DNA from: Candidatus Thorarchaeota archaeon SMTZ1-45
GTDB taxonomy: Archaea > Asgardarchaeota > Thorarchaeia > Thorarchaeales > Thorarchaeaceae
Reading direction: 5' to 3'
Length of the DNA: 21,556 bases
Assembly (NCBI GenBank): GCA_001563335.1
Contig: LRSL01000039.1
Coordinates: 1-21,556 of the forward strand
How positions within the stretch are numbered: the first letter of the stretch is position 1; every line of letters starts with the position of its first letter. Under the pieces are notes generated by a model, which searched no databases, was not told where the DNA came from, and worked only from the letters and a program-made list of their open reading frames with translations. Made by a program: the position numbers and the translations under genes. Shown one piece after another: positions 1 through 6,993 of the stretch.

Positions 1-637
1 TAATGCAATCCACACGTTTGCATCAGACCCAGATTTTTCACAAGTATATGCTGACAGATCGGAGTATCTAGGAATACCAGAGCAGCTATCAAGCCACAAT
101 CTTATTGATCCGCGGCTCCACCCAAATCAACAGTTTACACTCCCTTGGATTCATGATGTCTACGCTTTCGGTCATCTCAATATTGTATTGGAGATTGATC
201 AACATCATGAGAGAGCTGAACAGATTTTGGAGATGGTTCTCACTCCCGAGTACCAAAATCTTCCTTGGAGCTATGGTATTGCAAAGTATGGGAATCAATA
301 CTATGTCCTAGGCTGGGCGGCTCATCTCCCGGGGTACTCCAAAGCTCCTGAAGGCAGGTCGTTCGCAGAGATGCTCAATCTACTGGAAGCATTAGCTCCT
401 TTCACATGTATAAGGAAAAGTCAATGGTTCCAGAGTTCAATGAAACACTTGGAGAAGTTTCGAACTGAAGAAGGCACATACTCATTTCCGGAAACATGTT
501 TACCTGAGCAGAAAAAGGGCTACTGGATAAGAGGAGAGTTCATGGCATTTGACGAGCGAAAAACTGTGAATAATGCGATGGTGGTTGAGTCGACCTTTCG
601 TGTCCTCTCAATCAGAAAACGAGCTGGATTGTTATAG
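1..637 (+). CDS. Hypothetical protein, 5'-truncated by the window edge
   Basis: The frame of ORF 188..637 is open without a stop back to position 2 (NAIHTFASDPDF...), so the true start lies outside the window. No family could be named with confidence. Confidence 0.75.
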   Translation, partial: NAIHTFASDPDFSQVYADRSEYLGIPEQLSSHNLIDPRLHPNQQFTLPWIHDVYAFGHLNIVLEIDQHHERAEQILEMVLTPEYQNLPWSYGIAKYGNQYYVLGWAAHLPGYSKAPEGRSFAEMLNLLEALAPFTCIRKSQWFQSSMKHLEKFRTEEGTYSFPETCLPEQKKGYWIRGEFMAFDERKTVNNAMVVESTFRVLSIRKRAGLL

Positions 638-644
638 AGTTGGA

Positions 645-1838
645 TTATTTACTATCATAACCTGTGAAAATAAACGATAGACCTCTATTTCTAAGTATAA
701 GCAGTGTGAATGGAATTGATAGTCCAAAGGCGATTACAAACCGTATAGACCAGAAGAGCGTGAATGTTGATTCATAGTCTGTTGTTGAAAAACCGAACAG
801 ACTTACAAGTATGGGAACTAAATAGAAGAAAAGGGGATGTATCTCATAGATGATTTGAGAATTCACCCCAAGAAACTGCATCCTTTTACTGAAGAATGAT
901 GGATTGAGAAGGCTTGATATCATGAAGAAGGCAATTGTGCCTGAAGTGCCAGTTAGGAGGTACAACCATCCATTTTTGCCGAACCAATCATCAGGGTGGC
1001 TAACGAAGCCATTATACTGTGAGAGCAGAATGAAGGTTGTTGATAGAACTATGAAGATTACCCCATCACGTATTTTTGATTCTGTACTCCACCGTTCTAA
1101 ACCCCTATACCTTTTCATCTCATAGCCGATAATGCAGAATGTCGTGGCAAACAGTACACTATTCACACGCCATGGCACTAATATTGGAGAAAATACGTCT
1201 GTAATCCATAAGGCAAGAAATGGAAGAATAACAACAAACGGCCAGCGCACCCTTGGATCCTGAGCATGTGTCACTGCCTCGATTAATATGAAGAGCATCA
1301 AGCCAAAGTAAAGGACCGGGAGAAACCACAAGTATGTAGGTTGCCCAGGAGGTCCAGCCCCATAAATTAACCAAAAAACCAAATCTCCCGGTGTTAGGTA
1401 GGTATCAATTGAACCAGTCAACGGGATGAAAAGAAGCGTCATAATTATGTAAATGGCGAAGTATGGAAGCAAAAGTTGGCGTCCACGGGAGAATGCATAA
1501 TTTTTGAGGTTTCTACGATGCCTTTCGCTATTGTATGTCATGCCTGCGAGAATGAAGAACAACGGCATAACAAAACTGGTTATGATAAAAATTACAGACT
1601 CTAAAAGGACATCGCTCATTGGGGGAATCATAGAATGAGCCACAACTACAAAGACTATTCCGAAACCTTTTGATATATCAATCCAATCTTGCCTTTTACT
1701 GGGGACTGGTTCATTCAGGACAGTACAGCTCCATTTTAGCGCACACTGGAAAATGCGTAATGCTATACAACCCTTGGTAAGCTTTTTAACGCTCACCATC
1801 GCGGTGTGTTTCGACGCGCTCGTTGTGAGTGCTGTCAA
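645..1838 (-). CDS. Acyltransferase family 3 (OafA/YrhL-like) polytopic membrane acyltransferase; true start probably near 1720
   Basis: Motifs RQDWIDISKGFGIVFVVVAH, FVMPLFFILAG, R-x-x-LLPY, LWFL and LGVNSQIIYEIH, with about 10 hydrophobic segments. The first ~40 codons overlap the divergent tRNA promoter/leader and are probably not translated. Confidence 0.88.
   Translation of the reverse strand: MTALTTSASKHTAMVSVKKLTKGCIALRIFQCALKWSCTVLNEPVPSKRQDWIDISKGFGIVFVVVAHSMIPPMSDVLLESVIFIITSFVMPLFFILAGMTYNSERHRRNLKNYAFSRGRQLLLPYFAIYIIMTLLFIPLTGSIDTYLTPGDLVFWLIYGAGPPGQPTYLWFLPVLYFGLMLFILIEAVTHAQDPRVRWPFVVILPFLALWITDVFSPILVPWRVNSVLFATTFCIIGYEMKRYRGLERWSTESKIRDGVIFIVLSTTFILLSQYNGFVSHPDDWFGKNGWLYLLTGTSGTIAFFMISSLLNPSFFSKRMQFLGVNSQIIYEIHPLFFYLVPILVSLFGFSTTDYESTFTLFWSIRFVIAFGLSIPFTLLILRNRGLSFIFTGYDSK
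1783..1790 (+). promoter_or_regulatory. Putative TATA box of the tRNA-Gly(GCC) transcript
   Basis: TTTTTAAC is the only TATA-like element upstream of the tRNA; archaeal spacing predicts a start near 1811-1816. Confidence 0.5.
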
Positions 1839-1842
1839 AAAT

Positions 1843-1980
1843 GCGTCCGTTGTCTATAGGACTTCAATTTCTGATGTCCTGACAAAGGGGCTATGATGGA
1901 TCCCTGCCATGGTGCAGGGGCTCATCCCTCGGAACCGCAGAACGGATCCGGCCCGGGTTCGAATCCCGGCGGACGCACCA
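1843..1980 (+). tRNA. tRNA-Gly(GCC) with two introns (1857-1886 in the D-loop at position 14/15; 1910-1942 canonical 37/38), encoded CCA
   Basis: Acceptor GCGTCCG/CGGACGC + ACCA; T-arm CCGGG-TTCGAAT-CCCGG; anticodon stem GATCC/GGATC with spliced loop CTGCCAC. The spliced D-arm GTCTAGGGGCTATGAT matches GTCTAGGGGTTATGAT of the intron-less tRNA-Gly(TCC) in this window at 15 of 16 positions. Intron 2 forms a strict bulge-helix-bulge (CTGC/GCAG, bulges CAT and AAC, inner GGT/ACC). Confidence 0.93.
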
Positions 1981-2084
1981 TTTCTTATTTGGTTTAAAAG
2001 TATCAATTTGAAGGCATTTCTGCCTAGAGAAGTGCTTATTATCTAATGATTCGACAATTTGAGCAACTGATTTTGGTGATGTAG

Positions 2085-2606
2085 ATGAGGATAAACTGGG
2101 TTTCGATTGTTCTAGCTTTCGTGTGCATTGGGTTCGTAGTGGGTTCTGCTCTTTCATTCGCGGTCCCCTACCAAAAGGACGAAATGATTCTAGAGGGGTC
2201 GGACTTCGGTATCGTGGGTGGTCTGACAGTACCGTTTCATGCTAGATTTCCTTTGAGGTCTTACAATCAGTCTATAGACATCTTCCTACAATGCACCAAT
2301 GGCTCTCTTGACATTGTTGTATTGAAGGCTACTGAGCGGGAAGCATGGTATCAAGGAGAAAATTACTCGGTATATTATGAGGCAAGAAATGTGACAAGTG
2401 TCATGACTACTGTTGAAATCTATCCACCAGATATTTACTCGATTGATATCATTTTTCAGACAAATTACGGGGATGTGCAGATGAGTGTGAGTATGACCAG
2501 CCAATGGATGGGATATGACGATTCAACTGGATTTAATTCTCTATTAGTGGCAATACCCTTTGGTTTGGGTTCATTCTACTATGCTACTAAAAAGGCCAAA
2601 GAATGA
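2085..2606 (+). CDS. Hypothetical membrane-anchored protein (N-terminal TM/signal, beta-rich extracellular domain, C-terminal TM); cassette 1
   Basis: GGTGA SD-like motif upstream; hydrophobic termini; N-glycosylation sequons NQS, NGS, NYS, NVT in the central domain. Confidence 0.8.
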   Translation: MRINWVSIVLAFVCIGFVVGSALSFAVPYQKDEMILEGSDFGIVGGLTVPFHARFPLRSYNQSIDIFLQCTNGSLDIVVLKATEREAWYQGENYSVYYEARNVTSVMTTVEIYPPDIYSIDIIFQTNYGDVQMSVSMTSQWMGYDDSTGFNSLLVAIPFGLGSFYYATKKAKE

Positions 2607-2653
2607 TAGCAACGCGATTGGAGCAGATATTTCCTGAATTAAGGAGTAGCCAA

Positions 2654-2681
2654 CCAGGTTCGGATCCCGGAGAGCGCACCA
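2654..2681 (+). repeat. tRNA 3'-end fragment R1 (T-arm + 3' acceptor strand + ACCA), att-like direct repeat
   Basis: CCAGG TTCGGAT CCCGG AGAGCGC ACCA, 23/28 identical to 1953-1980, followed by CTTCTTCT. No 5' tRNA half is visible upstream. Confidence 0.88.
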
Positions 2682-2743
2682 CTTCTTCTACTTAACCATT
2701 TATTTGTGACTGAAAGTATAGCTGAGGACGGAAGGTTATTGGA

Positions 2744-3430
2744 ATGGATATTTTATTACCGCCAGGATTATTCCATTATATGCCCTTATGGTTCATTTTC
2801 TTCTTTATCATCTACTTTCATAACTGGCAACATGCTTCATGGAAAAAAAGACGCAATATTGCTATAGCTGTCGTGTTGATTCCTATGACCTTTCTGATAC
2901 CACTTCATATCTGGGGAACATACAATCTTATTGGAATTGAGAACAATGGAGTATTTGCAGGTCCGTTCACGACATTGGAAACCTCGTCAACTATCTCGCC
3001 TAATACCACCTACACATCAGAAATCCTATCTAATCTATATACTATGGAATTAGTAAAGGTATCAATCTCTACAAGTGACAGTGTCGTGTTCTATATTTTA
3101 GATGAGAACAAACCTGATGTCCGATATGCAGAGGTCAATATCACTGACACAGAGTATCAAATCAGTATCTATCTACCATATTACTACACGGAGCTGTTTA
3201 TAGTAGCAAAATGGACGTTGAATATTCACAACCCAAGTTCTAATACAACTGTTGATTATACAATTACAATGCATGGTCTCTATGGATGGCCTGCAGCCCA
3301 TGAACAGCCTAGATATAGATGGAGTTATCAGCAGTTTATTCAACCATTTTGGGCACTACTGAGTTTGTGCATAGCTTATGTCAGTTCCACTTTTATAGCG
3401 TTTTACTATTATGACGAGTTAGAACCATAA
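2744..3430 (+). CDS. Hypothetical membrane protein (two N-terminal TMs, beta-rich extracellular domain, C-terminal TM); cassette 2
   Basis: 228-aa ORF with hydrophobic segments, a Ser/Thr-rich domain with NTT/NIT sequons and visibly AT-rich DNA (18/60 GC in 3001-3060). Confidence 0.8.
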   Translation: MDILLPPGLFHYMPLWFIFFFIIYFHNWQHASWKKRRNIAIAVVLIPMTFLIPLHIWGTYNLIGIENNGVFAGPFTTLETSSTISPNTTYTSEILSNLYTMELVKVSISTSDSVVFYILDENKPDVRYAEVNITDTEYQISIYLPYYYTELFIVAKWTLNIHNPSSNTTVDYTITMHGLYGWPAAHEQPRYRWSYQQFIQPFWALLSLCIAYVSSTFIAFYYYDELEP

Positions 3431-3436
3431 GTATGC

Positions 3437-3464
3437 TTGAGTTCGAATCCTGGTGAGCGCACCA
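3437..3464 (+). repeat. tRNA 3'-end fragment R2, att-like direct repeat
   Basis: TTGAG TTCGAAT CCTGG TGAGCGC ACCA, 21/28 identical to 1953-1980, separated by 6 nt from the stop codon at 3430. Confidence 0.85.
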
Positions 3465-3629
3465 CACCTCATGGTTCTACTCATTGGTTCAAACCACGCC
3501 TCTCAGGGTTTATATGCTCTCAAAAACAATGTTCACCTGACTATGGGAGTTATTGTCTTTCAAAGCCGCCACCTCAAAATCCTATTTTTCAGTCCTAGTT
3601 TTCCTAAAGTCTACTCTCATAGCTAAATC

Positions 3630-5072
3630 ATGAAATTAGTGAGAAAAATGAAAAATAAGAAACGCATACGTATTACCACAATGGTAACTTTTACCATTAT
3701 GATGCTACTCATGACGGTCGCTGCAATGCCTGTGACCGCGTATGGCAATTCCAGTGGCGTTGGGTACCAGGGAACAGGTGATGACCCTCATGATTGGATA
3801 ACACTCCGTGCAATCAATATTCTCAGCTCAGACGGATACTCGAAAATCAGCTCGGAGGCCAGTTTATACTTCGGGGATTTGCAGGATGGGTCCTACGACG
3901 CGGATTGGGAACAAGGAGTCATTGAAGGAAATCCTATTGCAGCTAAAGACCACTACTGTGATCCCTTCACTGGCCTGGGTCTAATGGGGATATTCAAAGG
4001 AGCACACATCTATGCTCAGGAGTATTTTGACAAAGCAGTTGCTCTCTATAAGGGGGGCAATAGGAAGGATGCATACTACAATCTTGGATTTGCAGTCCAT
4101 GTGCTTCAAGATGTAACTGTTCCCCACCACACTCGCATTTGGGATGCTAAACAAGATGGTCATAAGGAATATGAAGATTACATCAATGGGAAGAAGAGTG
4201 ATATCAACAAAATTAGTGGTCCGGGTCTTTATGATGGGGCTACGACTGCAAGTGGCTGGGTTCGGAATAACGCTGGCATGAGCTATGGCTTTCACACATT
4301 TGTGAACGGTGGCCCTACCTCAGGCAACAACAACTATGAGTTTGCAGCAGATAGCCTCTTGCCCATAGCTGTGAGAACAACTGCTGGATTTCTACGTTTC
4401 TTCTATGAGGAAGCGAATCAGGGTAGAAGTGAAACTCAAATGTCAGGCACTCTATCCAGTAGGGGAAGCTCCTACATCGGTTATGTCGATGTAGCTTTTG
4501 GTGATCATACTGTTGTCCTAGTGGGCAACGAACCTGACGCAGACTTTGACCTCTTTGTGAAATGGGAATCTGCTCCAACTTCTTCATGCGATGCATCTAG
4601 CACGTCATATGATTCAATAGAGAAGGTCACTGTGCGGGGAAAGGGTCGTCTGTACTTCAAAGTCTATGCGTGGTCAGGTAGTGGGAACTGGAAATTAGCT
4701 GTCATCTATGGCAAGGCGGACAAGGCCACTACAATCAGAAACTCACTCAACTATGTCTGGGATCGCACAGACACCTTCAGCCTTAAAGGAGGACAGACAG
4801 AAGGTCGCATGATTGGCTGGGCATTCCTAGCTGGACCAGATGAAGATGACTTCGACCTTTATGTACGGTGGGAGAGTACACCAACAACCTCAACTTATGC
4901 AGCAAGAGGATATTCATCGAGATCCCAAGAGATATGCGATGCAAAATCACAGTGGTATTCCACACCCATGTACCCGATAAAGGGGTACGTAAGCGACAAC
5001 TACCTCTTCTATGTGATGGTGAGAGCTTACAGGGGATCTGGAAGTTTTATACTCATGATATTGATATTCTAA
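3630..5072 (+). CDS. Secreted zinc-dependent phospholipase C / S1-P1 nuclease fold protein with two C-terminal PPC-like domains; cassette 3
   Basis: Basic-hydrophobic signal peptide ending VTA; Zn-ligand pattern HDWI, GSYDAD, DHY, GFAVHVLQDVTVPHH, HKEYE as in the Zn-dependent PLC family; two pre-peptidase C-terminal-like repeats DADFDLFVKWESAPT and DDFDLYVRWESTPT. The start could be 3630 or 3648. Confidence 0.85.
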   Translation: MKLVRKMKNKKRIRITTMVTFTIMMLLMTVAAMPVTAYGNSSGVGYQGTGDDPHDWITLRAINILSSDGYSKISSEASLYFGDLQDGSYDADWEQGVIEGNPIAAKDHYCDPFTGLGLMGIFKGAHIYAQEYFDKAVALYKGGNRKDAYYNLGFAVHVLQDVTVPHHTRIWDAKQDGHKEYEDYINGKKSDINKISGPGLYDGATTASGWVRNNAGMSYGFHTFVNGGPTSGNNNYEFAADSLLPIAVRTTAGFLRFFYEEANQGRSETQMSGTLSSRGSSYIGYVDVAFGDHTVVLVGNEPDADFDLFVKWESAPTSSCDASSTSYDSIEKVTVRGKGRLYFKVYAWSGSGNWKLAVIYGKADKATTIRNSLNYVWDRTDTFSLKGGQTEGRMIGWAFLAGPDEDDFDLYVRWESTPTTSTYAARGYSSRSQEICDAKSQWYSTPMYPIKGYVSDNYLFYVMVRAYRGSGSFILMILIF

Positions 5073-5115
5073 GAGGGTACTAAGAAGAGCATCTATTGAA
5101 TAGTGGTGTAGCGAC

Positions 5116-5143
5116 CTGGGTTCGAATCCTGGCGAGCTCACCA
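5116..5143 (+). repeat. tRNA 3'-end fragment R3, att-like direct repeat
   Basis: CTGGG TTCGAAT CCTGG CGAGCTC ACCA, 23/28 identical to 1953-1980, followed by CTTCTTCTTTG. Confidence 0.9.
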
Positions 5144-5242
5144 CTTCTTCTTTGACTTTATAGGGTGTAATTAACCAGTGTAGATTAGTACAAGACTAAT
5201 GCGATAGTAACGCATTTGTCTTACTAAGGATATATCTAAAGT

Positions 5243-5734
5243 ATGGAGGCTACAAAGAAGCGGAGCTTGAAGTTTGAACCAGTTCTGGTTATCTATACAT
5301 TCTTCTCGCCGAGTATAGGCGAAGCTGAGGTTTGGGGGATTGGAGAACATTATGTTCTTGACGCGGTAGTACGTCGCTCTTTCACTTCAAGTCTGTTTTG
5401 GGTTTTCGAAGGGTGGAGTGCAGAAACTCTAACAGGAGAACCAAATTCTGCTCAGCTAATATTTCCCTACTCTGCGCCTCCACTTGCAACTATGTTGTGG
5501 CTAGTGGGATGTCTATCAACAGTCTTAGTTTGGATGGTTCTGAAAGGATACGTATCTCGTGAGATCGGACTCTTTCTAGTAATAATTACTCTACTACTTC
5601 CCTTTTTCATTCCTGGAATAAGCACTAATATAGTGGAGGAGAGCTACACTTACAACAGGACTCCGTTACCAGTTTCTCAAATGATTGGATTCATTATTCT
5701 CATGTTCAAACGAAAATGGAACATTACCAAATGA
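5243..5734 (+). CDS. Hypothetical membrane protein
   Basis: 163-aa ORF with 3-4 hydrophobic segments; no recognisable family. Confidence 0.7.
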   Translation: MEATKKRSLKFEPVLVIYTFFSPSIGEAEVWGIGEHYVLDAVVRRSFTSSLFWVFEGWSAETLTGEPNSAQLIFPYSAPPLATMLWLVGCLSTVLVWMVLKGYVSREIGLFLVIITLLLPFFIPGISTNIVEESYTYNRTPLPVSQMIGFIILMFKRKWNITK

Positions 5735-5844
5735 ATTCTGAGGATTCACTTCTCTCCGTTTTGTAATGATAGCGAGATTCCCAATATTCAGACTTCTAGT
5801 GCAAGATTGAAAAGGAAGGTGAAACCTAGTACTCGTTTGGCGAG

Positions 5845-6972
5845 TTGAGTCAGATGCAAAAGGGCACTCATGGATCCAATTCCAGGATGCACCCGATTTT
5901 GATCGTACTTTCAAAAGTACCAATGAAACTCACCTATACAATGATACTCGTTGGCGTATTGACATATGCTGTATTCATTCTGCTCACTCTGCTGACAGGT
6001 GAAGCAGTACAAGTCCTACTCTCTTTCATGCATCTGGTTCAATTGGACTTCTCGCTGCTTATTATGGTTGGACTATTCTTCTTACGTAGCTATTATACAA
6101 TGCTTGACAGGACTCTCAGAGAGATTCGTTATGCGTTTGTGATTGATGATGATGAGTATGAACGGTATCTTGAAAATCTGATCAAGAGGATGAGCGACAG
6201 ACGGGGGTATCTCTATGGCATTCCTTTCATTGTTCTTGCAATGATCTCAATTCTTCTTTTTGTGATGCCAAATATGCCCAATCCTCTATTCCCTGTTGAC
6301 CCCCTGTCGCCAGTTTGGCTCTATATCTCTATGATCGAATTCATTCTAATTATGCTTCCACTATTTGGAGTGGCCATCTGGCTTGGTGTTGTGGTCATGT
6401 CTGTATCAAAGGACATTGGACGAAGGCTGGAAATTTCCGTAGAACCAATTTCACCTGACCGTGCAGGAGGACTTGTTTCGTTCTCTGAGATGCTCCTGAG
6501 GGGTGTTTTCATGTATTCTCTCTTAATTGTCTTGCTAATACCTCTACTCGCTTACCTTGTGCACAATCTGAGTTTCATTAGTCCGTTACTATCTTTGATT
6601 CCCACAGCGGGACTGACACTAGCAGTTGTGACCATTTGCATATTCTTTCTAGGCCCTCAGTATTATGTTCACAACATCCTAGAGAAAGAAAAGAAGAAAC
6701 ACTTGTTTCAAGTTAGTAATGAGGTGAATGCAGTCCTTTCTAACATCAGAAGCATACTCGCCTCATCTTCTTCGAAATCTGATATTCCATCTCAGCAACT
6801 TACTCTTGTAAGCCTTCAACTCACCACGTTCTTTGAACAGGTAGAAAAGATGAAGACATGGCCCTCGACACTCTGGATGACCGCGAAGGCAATCAGCTCT
6901 CTACTCCTCATCTTACTCACGTTTTTTGTCAACCAGTTCCTAATCCAATACCTGGAGATGGTCTTTGGTTAA
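5845..6972 (+). CDS. Hypothetical polytopic membrane protein (about 7 TM); start may be ATG 5887
   Basis: Long ORF with alternating hydrophobic helices, a PDRAGGL loop and a TWP motif before the last helix. Confidence 0.8.
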   Translation: MSQMQKGTHGSNSRMHPILIVLSKVPMKLTYTMILVGVLTYAVFILLTLLTGEAVQVLLSFMHLVQLDFSLLIMVGLFFLRSYYTMLDRTLREIRYAFVIDDDEYERYLENLIKRMSDRRGYLYGIPFIVLAMISILLFVMPNMPNPLFPVDPLSPVWLYISMIEFILIMLPLFGVAIWLGVVVMSVSKDIGRRLEISVEPISPDRAGGLVSFSEMLLRGVFMYSLLIVLLIPLLAYLVHNLSFISPLLSLIPTAGLTLAVVTICIFFLGPQYYVHNILEKEKKKHLFQVSNEVNAVLSNIRSILASSSSKSDIPSQQLTLVSLQLTTFFEQVEKMKTWPSTLWMTAKAISSLLLILLTFFVNQFLIQYLEMVFG

Positions 6973-6993
6973 TCATTGGCTTTGTTCGACCTT

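Noticed and set aside
1917-1926. Intron 2 segment AGGGGCTCAT resembling the D-loop AGGGGCTAT
   Set aside because: Too short; explained by the intron's own AGGG/CCCT hairpin.
1891-2157. 88-aa minus-strand ORF
   Set aside because: Antisense to the tRNA and cassette 1; VRRDSNPG is the typical translation of a reverse tRNA T-arm.
3485-3496. TGGTTCAAACCA as a fourth T-arm fragment
   Set aside because: The loop is one base short and there is no acceptor strand at the right spacing; compatible with chance.
2654-5143. R1-R3 as complete tRNA genes or as a CRISPR array
   Set aside because: No D-arm, anticodon arm or 5' acceptor strand lies immediately upstream of any copy. The intervals are 0.7-1.7 kb genes, the copies are degenerate and no cas genes are present.
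4947-5144. 65-aa minus-strand ORF (MVSSPGFEP...)
   Set aside because: Reverse translation of repeat R3 and antisense to the PLC gene.
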